From the NCBI GenBank assembly GCA_963422395.1, contig OY729431.1, positions 1,632,001 to 1,696,000 on the forward strand: a stretch of 64,000 bases of DNA. Reading direction: 5' to 3'. Positions 38,572-50,757 of the stretch are shown here, piece by piece; the first letter of the stretch is position 1, and every line of letters begins with the position of its first letter. Position numbers and translations under genes: made by a program. The notes beneath the pieces were generated by a model. It was not told the origin of the DNA. It did not search any database and saw only the letters and a list, made by a program, of their open reading frames with translations. Source of the DNA: Vicinamibacteria bacterium (lineage in GTDB: Bacteria > Acidobacteriota > Vicinamibacteria > Marinacidobacterales > Marinacidobacteraceae).

Positions 38572-38758
38572 CGGCGGCGCGGACCGCGTCCTGCTCGGTC
38601 GCCCCGCGCGCGCTCACCGTCGCCTGCCGACCCGCCAGCTCCATCGTCACCTCGCAGCGGATTTCCCCCATCGTGACAGTAGAGAGCACGACGAACCCGA
38701 CCAGCAGGGCGAACAGCGCGAAGACGATCCAGCCCGCGCGGCGAGCTCGGCGGTTCAC
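38435..38758 (-). CDS. small membrane-anchored Cys-containing hypothetical protein
   Basis: N-terminal TM helix, four Cys; GTGA overlap with upstream gene. Confidence 0.6.
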   Translation of the reverse strand: MNRRARRAGWIVFALFALLVGFVVLSTVTMGEIRCEVTMELAGRQATVSARGATEQDAVRAAVTGACARIADGRTENILCLDSRPRSVRCGESGAPEAPAGNRPGGR

Positions 38759-39660
38759 ACCGATTCCCGGCGGAGGGGGCGAGTCAGACAGGTCGGTCCG
38801 CCGGAACCGTTCTCGCTGATCTCGCTCCCGTCATAGGTCAGGACCTCGAATCCTTCTCGCCGGAGGCGTTCGTTCGTGAGCCGGTTCCGCGCGAGGGCCA
38901 ACAGGGCGCCGTCTCCGAGCGCGAGAACATTCGCAGCCATCGTCTCCCGTTCCTCCTCGAGGATCGAAATCAGACGGAATCCCCGTTCCCCGAGCCGAGC
39001 GAGGGTCGGCACTCCCAGAAACCGCGGATCCGCGAGCACGGTTCGTTCTTCGAGAACACTGAGCAGGGACATCAGATGGAGGCAGCGCCCGGGCCCGTCC
39101 CCGTGGGGGAGCGGCGCTGCGATCACCTCGACTCCGTCGGCGCGCAGGAGATCGCGCAACCGGAGGATTCCGGCGGCGTTCGTCCGGTACCCCTCCCCGG
39201 CGAGCACCGTCCGCTCGTCGAGCCAGACGAGATCGCCGCCCTCCATGATTCCCGGAGCTTCGATGGTGCCGAGCATCGGAATTCCGCGAGCGGCGTAGAG
39301 CCGCGCGTGCGCCTCGGGTTCGCGGCGGCGCGCCGGCTTTCCCATCCGCATCAGGACCATGCCCCGGCGCGAAGGAAAGGAAGCGTCGTGGCAGTACACC
39401 GCGTCCGGCGTCAGCCCGGGGGCGCCCGCCGGAAGTTCCACGATATCCACCCCGCGCGCCTCGAGGATCGAGCGCAGCTCTTCGTGCTGCCGCGAGGCCG
39501 CAGCCAGCTCGGGAGGATGGAGATATCCGAGCTCGCGCCAGTCTGAAGAAGACCCGTTCCAACCGGCCGACCGCGGCCCGATGAGGAGGGTCTCGACCAA
39601 GCGCCCGCACATGTTCGGCGCGCCGAGGTCCGCCGGGGCTTTCGCCGCCGTCGTCGTCAT
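38755..39660 (-). CDS. amidinotransferase / dimethylargininase (pentein) family protein
   Basis: DAVYCHD, R..E, EGGD, RTN, LHL, C-terminal GGPTCLTRP. Confidence 0.88.
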   Translation of the reverse strand: MTTTAAKAPADLGAPNMCGRLVETLLIGPRSAGWNGSSSDWRELGYLHPPELAAASRQHEELRSILEARGVDIVELPAGAPGLTPDAVYCHDASFPSRRGMVLMRMGKPARRREPEAHARLYAARGIPMLGTIEAPGIMEGGDLVWLDERTVLAGEGYRTNAAGILRLRDLLRADGVEVIAAPLPHGDGPGRCLHLMSLLSVLEERTVLADPRFLGVPTLARLGERGFRLISILEEERETMAANVLALGDGALLALARNRLTNERLRREGFEVLTYDGSEISENGSGGPTCLTRPLRRESV

Positions 39661-39672
39661 GGGACGGGAACC

Positions 39673-39855
39673 CTAGAGCAGCCTGTGGACAAAGTCACAC
39701 GGCCGTCGATCAGAGATGCCCAGTTCTCCCGGTGGGGGCCCCGCCTGAACGCTTCGCTCGGCGTTGCGATTCCGTCGGAATACACCCGGTATGCCTCCCG
39801 AATCGCGCCTTGTCCGCCGGGCGCCTCACCGATCTTGGGGCTCGCGCCACTTTAT
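39673..39855 (-). repeat. MITE-like repeat copy (core plus right end)
   Basis: Begins CTAGAGCAGCCTGTGGACAAAG; core shared with the 31874 copy; CTTGGGGCTCGCGCCACTT shared with the 5598 copy. Confidence 0.85.
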
Positions 39856-39910
39856 AGCCGGGAGCCGGCGGGGGTATGCTCGAACGCTCCCTGGAGGCCC
39901 TTCGCTCGAC

Positions 39911-41227
39911 ATGTCCCTTCGCTCTATCTCGCCAAAGTGCATTCCTGCCGTTCCCGCTGCCGCCTTCGCCGCCGCCTGCCTGGCCGGTTGCGCGTCCGAG
40001 CCGCCGCCCCTCCCGGGAGTCACCGCCTTCACCGGAGCCCGGGTCTGGGACGGCGCGAGCAGCGCCGCCGTCGAAGATGCGGTTCTCCTGGTGGACCAGG
40101 GCCGGGTGGCGGCAGTCGGCCCCGCCGGCGAGGTGGAGATTCCGGCCGGCGCTGCTATCGAGGACCTTTCGGGGAGGACCGTGATTCCCGGCTTCATCAA
40201 CGCCCACGCCCACGCGAGCGGCGTGATGGGACTCGAAACCGGCCACTACGACCGCGAGAACCTCATCCGCCAGCTGAGTCTCTACGCCCGCTACGGCGTC
40301 ACCAGCATCGCTTCGCTCGGCGGCGACGGGCCCGAGGCCGCGGCGCTCCGCGACGAGCAGGACGACACCCTCGACCGCGCCCGCATCTGGATCGCCGGGG
40401 AGGTCATCGGCGGCGGAACGCCCGAGGAGGCGGAGGAATCGGTATCCCGGAGCCTGGCGCTGCCGGCGGACTTCCTCAAGATGCGGGTGGACACGAACCT
40501 CGGCGTGAACGAACGGGTTCCCCCGGAGACCATCGAGAGAGTGATGGAACTCGCCCGCGAGGCCGGCAAACGGGTCACGACCCACATCTTCTACCTCGAA
40601 GACGCCAAGGAAGTGCTGCGCGCCGGCTCCGGCCTCATCGCCCACAGCGTCCGGGACCAGCCGGTGGACGAGGAATTCCTCGAGATGATGCGGGAAGAGG
40701 AGGTCTGCTATGTCCCGACGCTCGTCCGGGAGATCTCTACCTTCGTCTATGCCGAAACGCCGGACTTCTTCGAAGATCCCTTCTTCCTGAAGGAAGCCGA
40801 CCCGGCGGTCCTCGAGCAACTGCGGGAACCGGAACGGATGGCCGCCGTGGCTGCGAGCCCCGCCGCCGAGGGCTACCGGGAGCACTATCCCATCGCCGTG
40901 GCGAACCTGAAGGCAGTCGCCGACGCGGGGGTCACCATCGCCTTCGGCACCGACACCGGGCCCGCGGGGCGCTTCCAGGGCTACTTCGAACACCTGGAAA
41001 CTGCGGAAATGGCGGAAGCCGGCCTCAGCGCCGGGCAGATCCTGCGCTCGGCCACCGGCGACGCCGCCCGCTGCCTAGATCTCGAAGGAGTCGGAACCCT
41101 CGTCCCCGGGCACTGGGCCGACTTCATCGTTCTCGACGAGAACCCCCTCGAAGACATCGCCGCGCTCCGGACCATCGACCGGGTCGTCGTCGCCGGAAAC
41201 ACCGTTCCCGGCAGCTCGGCAGAGTAG
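39911..41227 (+). CDS. metal-dependent amidohydrolase family lipoprotein
   Basis: Lipobox LAGC; VIPGFINAHAH, GVT, AH, FGTD, GTL.PG..ADF..L..NPLEDI. Confidence 0.88.
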   Translation: MSLRSISPKCIPAVPAAAFAAACLAGCASEPPPLPGVTAFTGARVWDGASSAAVEDAVLLVDQGRVAAVGPAGEVEIPAGAAIEDLSGRTVIPGFINAHAHASGVMGLETGHYDRENLIRQLSLYARYGVTSIASLGGDGPEAAALRDEQDDTLDRARIWIAGEVIGGGTPEEAEESVSRSLALPADFLKMRVDTNLGVNERVPPETIERVMELAREAGKRVTTHIFYLEDAKEVLRAGSGLIAHSVRDQPVDEEFLEMMREEEVCYVPTLVREISTFVYAETPDFFEDPFFLKEADPAVLEQLREPERMAAVAASPAAEGYREHYPIAVANLKAVADAGVTIAFGTDTGPAGRFQGYFEHLETAEMAEAGLSAGQILRSATGDAARCLDLEGVGTLVPGHWADFIVLDENPLEDIAALRTIDRVVVAGNTVPGSSAE

Positions 41228-41294
41228 CGAAGGACGGAAGGGTTCCCGCCGTGATCGCCTGCCGGTGGGCCGCTGCGATCGGGCGGCACCGCGG

Positions 41295-42794
41295 TCAGGA
41301 GCCGTATCCGGCCGGCAGGGACCACTTCCCGTTCCGGACCAGAGCGCGCCCCTCGCCCCGCAGCTTGACGAGCCCCGCGGTCAGGGCGGTGAGCGCCAGC
41401 TTCCGCGACGGTCCGGTTTCGGGAATCTCACTCGCGGAATAGACCTTGAGCCCGATCTCCTCGAGGTCCTGCGGGCGGGCGCCCAGAGCGGCGAGCAGAC
41501 TCGCTTCCCGCGCCTCGCGATGGCGGATCTGACGCTCGAGGAGGCTCCGTCCGGCGGCCACCGGAACCCCGTGCCCCGGATACACGAACCCGCGGCACTC
41601 GCCGGCGAGCCGACGCAGCGAGTCCAGGTACTGCGCCAGATCGCCGTCCTCCGAAGAGATCAGGATCGAGGACAGCGAAGACACCATGTCGCCCACCGCC
41701 ATCGCTCCGTAACGGCTCTCGACGAAGGAGAGGTGCCCCGGAGAGTGCCCGGGGGTGAAGCGGACCGCGAGGGTCCAGCCCGGAGATCCATCGGGCGCGG
41801 TTCCGAGGTCGAACTTCTCTCCGCCCACCAGCCGCATCACCGGGGCGTCGAGTCCCGGCGGCATCCGCGCCAGCGTCTCCGGGTGTGCGCCCACCGGGAC
41901 CCCATAGCGCGCGGCGGCGGCAGCGACCGACCCGATGTGGTCGCGGTGGTGGTGGGTCACGAGCACGGCCTCGAGGCGGTCCGCCGGTCCGAGCATCCGG
42001 TCCACCTTTTCGAAGAGCGCCTCGCGCTCCGCCGGATCCTCGGGGGCGGGATCCACGAGATAGCGGCGCGAGGCACCGATCAGCAGCGCGTTCGTATGGG
42101 TGGCCGGCGGCAAGGTCGGGGTCCGGCAGGGGATCATCCCGATCCCCGGCGAATAACGCACGACCGGCCGGATCCTGCCGGCGGCCCGATTCCGCTCCCG
42201 AAATACCGTGTCGTCGGAAGACCAGCGCTCGAGCAGTCCGATGATCGGCGGGGCGAGCGCCAGTTCGCCGCGGCGCCATCGGGACAGGGCCGCGTTCGGC
42301 GCGAGACAGACCGCCTCCACGATCTCTCCGGGCCAGATGGCAGCCGCCGCGCCTTCCGGCATCGGGAGCCGGTAGAAGTGCGCGTCGAAACGGAAGGGCG
42401 CCGACTCGGGGGTCAGCCGCTGTTCCACCAGGGCGAAGTCCGCGGCGTCCACTTCTGCGTCCACGCGCTCGAGAAACCCGGCGAGGTCCATCTTCCCGGC
42501 GAGCAGTTCCCGGCGGCACTCCTCCCAGACCGCAGCCGGCCACTTCCGATTTCCGCGCCCCAGGAACACCCCGGTCTCCTCGAATGCCTCCCGAGCGGCG
42601 GCGGCGATCCGGGCGGCCTGCGCGCGGTCAGCGGCTCCGCGGACCGGGACCCGCCAATCCGCCTTCGAGAGCGTCCCTCCCGGAAACACCCACAGATCGG
42701 GGAACGCCCGGAGCCGGGGCGAGCGCCGCACCAGCAACACCCGTTCGTCCCGAGTCAGCATCACCGAAGCCGCAGCCCGGGGTTCCCCCGCCAT
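41295..42794 (-). CDS. NUDIX hydrolase fused to metallo-beta-lactamase-fold (LACTB2-like) domain
   Basis: VFPGG...AAAREAFEETG; TPTLPPATHTN, THHHRDH, TPGHSPGH, GD, PGHG. Confidence 0.88.
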   Translation of the reverse strand: MAGEPRAAASVMLTRDERVLLVRRSPRLRAFPDLWVFPGGTLSKADWRVPVRGAADRAQAARIAAAAREAFEETGVFLGRGNRKWPAAVWEECRRELLAGKMDLAGFLERVDAEVDAADFALVEQRLTPESAPFRFDAHFYRLPMPEGAAAAIWPGEIVEAVCLAPNAALSRWRRGELALAPPIIGLLERWSSDDTVFRERNRAAGRIRPVVRYSPGIGMIPCRTPTLPPATHTNALLIGASRRYLVDPAPEDPAEREALFEKVDRMLGPADRLEAVLVTHHHRDHIGSVAAAAARYGVPVGAHPETLARMPPGLDAPVMRLVGGEKFDLGTAPDGSPGWTLAVRFTPGHSPGHLSFVESRYGAMAVGDMVSSLSSILISSEDGDLAQYLDSLRRLAGECRGFVYPGHGVPVAAGRSLLERQIRHREAREASLLAALGARPQDLEEIGLKVYSASEIPETGPSRKLALTALTAGLVKLRGEGRALVRNGKWSLPAGYGS

Positions 42795-42869
42795 GAACAG
42801 AGGAGCTTAGGCGCCGGCGCCGCCAGTCTGCGGGCAGGGAACGCCGAGGATGTCCCGGCGGTGGAGTCG

Positions 42870-42896
42870 GCAGCCCGTGGATGGAGTGGGGCGAGC
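42870..42896 (+). repeat. degenerate end of the MITE-like repeat
   Basis: GCAGCCCGTGGATGGAGTGGGGCGAGC, 24/27 identical to the 5598-5633 copy. Confidence 0.7.
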
Positions 42897-42928
42897 TTCC
42901 AGACCGGTCCCGTTCCCCGCTGCCTCCG

Positions 42929-43837
42929 GTGAAGACCCTGCCCGCCCTTCCGTTCGGCGGCCTCCTGGCCGAGGGCGAAGCGGCGGTGCGGTCCCGGGTC
43001 TCCCTCGTCGGGGTTCGAGATGCGAGCCAGTCCACCTGGCACGGAAGATGTGCGGACGCTCCCCCGGCCATCCGGGCGGCATACGACGGCGCGTGTTACA
43101 ACCCCGTCTCGGAGACCGGGGTGGATTGTGCCGGCGCCGTCGCCGACCTCGGCGACCTGCACCCGGCTGCTGGCGGGTTCGAACGGAACAGCGCCCGTTA
43201 TACGGAAGTGCTGCAAGGCGAACTCGACCGCGGGCGCACTCCTTTCGTACTCGGCGGCGATCACGCCATAACCCCTGCCCTGGTCGCCGCCTGGACCGGA
43301 CGAGAGCCGCTCCAGGTCGTCCAGTGGGACGCCCACCCCGATCTGTATCCAGAATTCGAGGGCAATCGGAATTCCCACGCCTCGACCGCAGCGCGCCTCC
43401 TGGAAATGCCGCAGGTGGCAAGCCTGACCCAGATCGGCATCCGCACCGAAACCGCCGGGCAGCGCGAGGTCCGGGAGGCCGCCGGCGGCCGCGTGGTCTC
43501 GATTTCGGCATGGGAAGCGGAAGACCGGCGCACTCTGCTCGCCCATCTTCCGGCGAATGCGCCGATCTATCTCACCTTCGACATGGACGGCTTCGACCCG
43601 GCCTTCGCCCCCGCCGTCGCCCACCCCGTCCCCGGCGGCCTTTCGGCGCGCCGAGGGCTCGCCCTCATCCGGGAAATCCATGAGAGCGGGCGCCGGATCG
43701 TGGGCATGGATGTCGTGGAGGCATGTCCCGAGGACGGCGACGGGCGCACCCTGATCCTCGCCGCCCGCCTGATCCACGAAGGCGTCGCCACCGTATTGGC
43801 CCGGCAGCCCGGATTCCGGACGACCCTCGTCGATTGA
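42929..43837 (+). CDS. ureohydrolase (agmatinase/arginase family)
   Basis: GGDHAIT, DAHPD, SHA, QIGIR, DMDGFDP, PGGL; start 42929 or 42881. Confidence 0.9.
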   Translation: MKTLPALPFGGLLAEGEAAVRSRVSLVGVRDASQSTWHGRCADAPPAIRAAYDGACYNPVSETGVDCAGAVADLGDLHPAAGGFERNSARYTEVLQGELDRGRTPFVLGGDHAITPALVAAWTGREPLQVVQWDAHPDLYPEFEGNRNSHASTAARLLEMPQVASLTQIGIRTETAGQREVREAAGGRVVSISAWEAEDRRTLLAHLPANAPIYLTFDMDGFDPAFAPAVAHPVPGGLSARRGLALIREIHESGRRIVGMDVVEACPEDGDGRTLILAARLIHEGVATVLARQPGFRTTLVD

Positions 43838-43863
43838 CCGCCGGGCCGGATCAGCGAGGCGGT

Positions 43864-45162
43864 CTATTCGGCGGCGATCACCGCTTCGATCTCGGCGTCG
43901 GTGAGGATCCGGCGGGCGCGCTTCGCGGCCTGGAAGATGCGGTGTTTCCGCTCGTCGGTGGGTTCATGGCCGCGTTGTTCGAGCCAGTAGACGACATTCG
44001 ACAGGCCGCTCATCGGCCCTACTTCGACCTGCTGGTGGAGGCCGTATTCCCCCGCGGGAACGCCGGAATAGACGCGGTCGGCCAGCCAGTCGTCGCCCTT
44101 GGCCATCGCCTTGATGATCGCGGCGGCGTGGACGCCGGTGCCGGTGCGGAAAGCGTCCTTCCCGACCACCGGGTACCCGGCCGGGATGACCATGCCGGTC
44201 GCTTCGGCAGCGACCATGCAGTATTCGCGCAGACGGGTGAGATCGTTGGAGATCCAGCCCAGCAGGCGCAGGTTCACCAGCAGCTGATCCATCGGGGTGT
44301 TGCCGCAGCGTTCGCCGATCCCGATGGCCGTGCCGTGAACGCAGTCGGCGCCGGACTCGATGGCGGTGAGGCTGTTCGGCACCGAGAGCCCGCGGTCCCG
44401 GTGGCCGTGCCAATCCAGCTGGACCGCTTCCCCGCTGGAGTCGATCACCTCGCGAACGAAGCGGAGAAGCCGGGTGACTCCGTCGGGCGTCGCGTGGCCC
44501 ACCGTGTCGCACACGACGATCCGCCGCGACCCGGCCTCGATCGCGGCCGTGTAGAGGCGCCGCAGGTTCTCGGGGTGCGCTCGGGTGGTGTCCTCGGTGA
44601 CATACATGGGCGGCAGGCCGTGGGCGACCGCCCAGGAGACCGCAGTCTCGGTATGCCGGAGGAGCAGGTCGAGGTTCCAGTCCTCGGCGTACTGCCGGAT
44701 CGGACTCGAACCGATGAACATGGCCACCTCGATGGGCATCCCGACCTGGTCGGCCACGCGCGCGATGGGCTCGATGTCCCCCACGACGGTTCGCGCCGCG
44801 CAGTTGGGCCGGATCCGCATCCGGTTCTCCACGATCTCGCGGGCGAGGTGGAGGACTTGTCGTTCCACCTGGGGGCCGGCGGCGGGAAGGCCGATGTCGG
44901 CAGAGTGGATACCGAGCTCTTCCATGAGATGGAGCACCTCGGTTTTCTTCTCGAGCGGCGGGGACACGACCGACGGGCTCTGCAGTCCGTCGCGCAGGGT
45001 CTCGTCGTTCAGCCGAACCGGTTTCGGAGGGGACCACGCGTTCTCGGAGTCGGGCCGATTCCAGTCGTAGATCAGCGCTCCGGCAGCGGCACTCGCCGGC
45101 GCCGGAAGCGAAAACTCCGGCTCTTCGGCGTCCCCGGCGCTCCGTTCGGGATCAGCCCCCAT
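43864..45162 (-). CDS. second DRE-TIM Claisen-type synthase (LeuA/homocitrate/citramalate synthase family), short form
   Basis: DETLRDGLQSP, EDTTR, CDTVG, HGHRDRG, GIGERCGN, GVHAAA. Confidence 0.85.
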   Translation of the reverse strand: MGADPERSAGDAEEPEFSLPAPASAAAGALIYDWNRPDSENAWSPPKPVRLNDETLRDGLQSPSVVSPPLEKKTEVLHLMEELGIHSADIGLPAAGPQVERQVLHLAREIVENRMRIRPNCAARTVVGDIEPIARVADQVGMPIEVAMFIGSSPIRQYAEDWNLDLLLRHTETAVSWAVAHGLPPMYVTEDTTRAHPENLRRLYTAAIEAGSRRIVVCDTVGHATPDGVTRLLRFVREVIDSSGEAVQLDWHGHRDRGLSVPNSLTAIESGADCVHGTAIGIGERCGNTPMDQLLVNLRLLGWISNDLTRLREYCMVAAEATGMVIPAGYPVVGKDAFRTGTGVHAAAIIKAMAKGDDWLADRVYSGVPAGEYGLHQQVEVGPMSGLSNVVYWLEQRGHEPTDERKHRIFQAAKRARRILTDAEIEAVIAAE

Positions 45163-45961
45163 GCCGAATGCCCTCTCGAAGACCGGGGATCGTGGCTCCC
45201 AACGCGTGGAAGCCGCTGTCCACATGGAGGACCTCTCCGGTCACCCCGCGCGCCGCATCGGAAAGGAGGAAGGCCGCCGCGTCCCCCACTTCCATCGGAT
45301 CGGTCTCGGCCCGAAGGGGAGCGTGCTCCCGGTAGTGCTCCACCATCCTCCCGATTCCGGACACCCCCGACGCGGCGAGGGTCTTCGCCGGACCGGCCGA
45401 GATCGCATTCACCCGCACGCCGCGCGGGCCGAGATCGCTCGCCAGATAGCGGACCGAGGACTCGAGCGCCGCCTTGGCGACCCCCATCACATTGTAGTGA
45501 GGGACCGCGCGCTCACCGCCCAGATAGCTGAGGGTGAGGACGGAGCCGCCCCCGTCCGCCTCGAGGAGCGGCGCGAAGCGGCGGACCAGCGCAGTGAGCG
45601 AATAGACCGAGACCTCGTGGGCGATGCGAAACCCATCGCGGGAGGTGGAAACGAAGCTCCCCTCCAGATCTGCGCGGAGTGCGAAGGCGACCGCGTGCAC
45701 CAGAAAGTCCAGCCCCCCGAAGTGGGCGGCGACGGTTTCGACCGCGGCGTCCAATTGGGCATCCTCGGCAACATCGAGCGGCAGCGTGAGCGTCCCCGGA
45801 AGCTGCGAAGCCAGCTTGTCCACATTCCGCTGGAGCCGGGCGTTTTGGAAACTGAGCGCGAACGAGGCTCCTTCCCGGGCCGCGGCCCGCGCGATCCCCC
45901 AAGCGAAGGAGCGCTGGTTGGCGACCCCGACGATCAGCCCTCGTTTTCCTTCGAGCAACAC
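45152..45961 (-). CDS. fabI: enoyl-ACP reductase
   Basis: GVANQRSFAWGIA, YNVMGVAKAALE, NAISAGPAKTLAA. Confidence 0.95.
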   Translation of the reverse strand: MLLEGKRGLIVGVANQRSFAWGIARAAAREGASFALSFQNARLQRNVDKLASQLPGTLTLPLDVAEDAQLDAAVETVAAHFGGLDFLVHAVAFALRADLEGSFVSTSRDGFRIAHEVSVYSLTALVRRFAPLLEADGGGSVLTLSYLGGERAVPHYNVMGVAKAALESSVRYLASDLGPRGVRVNAISAGPAKTLAASGVSGIGRMVEHYREHAPLRAETDPMEVGDAAAFLLSDAARGVTGEVLHVDSGFHALGATIPGLREGIRHGG

Positions 45962-45968
45962 GGTTCCG

Positions 45969-45977
45969 AATATAACA
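45969..45977 (-). promoter_or_regulatory. extended -10 element (TGtTATATT) 7 nt upstream of the fabI start
   Basis: AT-rich motif in GC-rich context; no SD sequence, geometry of a leaderless mRNA. Confidence 0.55.
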
Positions 45978-45986
45978 AGAGGACGA

Positions 45987-47555
45987 TCAGCCGGAACACA
46001 CCCGGGCGGGCGGGATCGGGATCGCGTCTGCGGCTTCGAGGAAACAGGCGAGCCGGATCAGCCCCCGCTCCCCGCCCGGCCCCCCGACGAGTTGAGCGCC
46101 CAGCGGCATCCCGTTCCCGTCGAACCCTGCCGGAACCTGAAGCGCCGGCAGACCGGTGAGATCGAAGGGTCCGACGAGCCGGATCAATCCGGGACGAACC
46201 TCCTCACCGGTGGCGAGCAGCACTTCCCCGGCCTCCGGGGCTCCTGCGGGAGTCGTAGGAACCACCAAGGCATCCACCCGATCGAAGAGCCGGGTGCAGG
46301 CATCGGTGACGAGCCGCCGTCCGGCGAGCGCAGTCATCAGCTCGCCTGCGGAAAACCGACTCCCGACTTCCAGCAGGATCCGCACCTCGCGGCTCATGTC
46401 GTGCGGCCGCCGGGCGAGCTTCTCCCGATGCGCCGCTGCCGCTTCCGCGAAGGCGAGCACATCGCGCGACACACCGGAGAGTTCGGCTTCGGGGATACGC
46501 ACTCCCACCGACTCGGCGCCGAGGCCGACGAGCATCTCGACGACCCGGTCAGCGGCCCGCCGGGCAGGTCGGGAGAGATCTGTGTAGAAGAAGTCGAGCG
46601 GAACTCCCAGCCGCACCCCGGCGAGCGGCCGGGAACCCGGGCTCGCAGCCGACCGGTCGTCCGCCGGCTCCCCCGAGAGGACTTCCCAGAGGATCTCGAT
46701 GTCCCGGGCGCTGCGGGTGATCGGACCGAGGTGGTCGAGGCTCCAGGAAAGCGGCGTGACTCCGGTTCGCGGCAGGCGGCCGTACGACGGCTTGAGCCCG
46801 AAGACTCCGGTGAGCGCCGCCGGAATTCGGATGGATCCGCCGGTGTCGGTGCCGATCGCACCGTAACCGATTCCGGCGGCGACTGCCGCCGCCGAGCCCG
46901 AGGACGATCCCCCGGGAATCCGTTTCGGATCGTGGGGATTGCGGGTGGGGCCGAAGTTGGGATTGTCCCCGGTGACCCCGAAGGCGAATTCCTGGAGATT
47001 GTTCTTGCCGATCAGGATGGCGCCGGCATCGGCGAGGGCCTGCCACGCCGGCGCGCTCCGAATCGCCGCGCGCGGAAAGCGCGAACCGGAAGTCGTGGTG
47101 AGCCCGGCGACATCCACGATGTCCTTGACGCACAAAGGAATCCCGCGGAGGCGCCCGGCCTCCGTCCGCCCACGCCGGGCGTCCGCTCGCTCGGCTTCCT
47201 CGATCGCTTCCGGGCGAAGCTGGAGAAACGCCCCCAGCGGCCGATCGGATTCCGCGCGTTCCAGGGCTTCGCGCACGATCGCGGCGGCCGAAATCCGGCC
47301 CGCGGCGAGAGCGGCCGCGGTCTCGACCAGACTCCCCGGAGGGGAAGAGTCCGGCGCTGGCGGCGGCCCGGCTCGCTTCGGTCCACTGACGGGTCGGCAG
47401 GCGGCCCGCGCTGCCAACTCTCCCGCGGTCAGCGGCTCCGGCGGATCCGGAAGGCGCGCGAGCAGGGCCCCGAGGCTCTCGATCTCCCTCCGCAGGCCCG
47501 TGAGCCGCTCCTGGACCGCACTGCGGTCCGCCGCCCCGAACCCCTCTTCTCTCAC
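45987..47555 (-). CDS. amidase signature family protein
   Basis: KD, GGSSSGSAAAVA, GTDTGGSIRIPA, GLKPSYG; start approximate. Confidence 0.9.
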   Translation of the reverse strand: MREEGFGAADRSAVQERLTGLRREIESLGALLARLPDPPEPLTAGELAARAACRPVSGPKRAGPPPAPDSSPPGSLVETAAALAAGRISAAAIVREALERAESDRPLGAFLQLRPEAIEEAERADARRGRTEAGRLRGIPLCVKDIVDVAGLTTTSGSRFPRAAIRSAPAWQALADAGAILIGKNNLQEFAFGVTGDNPNFGPTRNPHDPKRIPGGSSSGSAAAVAAGIGYGAIGTDTGGSIRIPAALTGVFGLKPSYGRLPRTGVTPLSWSLDHLGPITRSARDIEILWEVLSGEPADDRSAASPGSRPLAGVRLGVPLDFFYTDLSRPARRAADRVVEMLVGLGAESVGVRIPEAELSGVSRDVLAFAEAAAAHREKLARRPHDMSREVRILLEVGSRFSAGELMTALAGRRLVTDACTRLFDRVDALVVPTTPAGAPEAGEVLLATGEEVRPGLIRLVGPFDLTGLPALQVPAGFDGNGMPLGAQLVGGPGGERGLIRLACFLEAADAIPIPPARVCSG

Positions 47556-47575
47556 GAGCCCGTGGGAAAGGCGCC

Positions 47576-47770
47576 CTACTTCGCCGTGCCGAGCACTCGC
47601 GACGGCAGGCGCACTATGGTTCCGAGGAGCGAGAACACTCCGTCCACCGCGATGCCGAGAAGGCGCAGCGGCAGCAGGAGCAGCCAGACGAAGGGATAAC
47701 AAACGAGGGCGAGGAACGCCAGCGGCCAGCAGAGAACCAGGAGGAGCAGCCAGAGGAGAAAACCGGTCAC
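47576..47770 (-). CDS. small hydrophobic hypothetical protein
   Basis: 64 aa, LLWLLLLVLCWPLA..LVCYPFVWLLLLPLRLLG; fills the ligA-amidase gap. Confidence 0.6.
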   Translation of the reverse strand: MTGFLLWLLLLVLCWPLAFLALVCYPFVWLLLLPLRLLGIAVDGVFSLLGTIVRLPSRVLGTAK

Positions 47771-47780
47771 GCGGCGAAGA

Positions 47781-50726
<2,946 letters not shown>

Positions 50727-50757
50727 TCAAGGTAACACTCCGCCAAAGCCCATCCTC

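Noticed and set aside
45987-47555. Calling the amidase gatA
   Set aside because: No gatB/gatC neighbours, and the motifs are generic to the amidase signature family.
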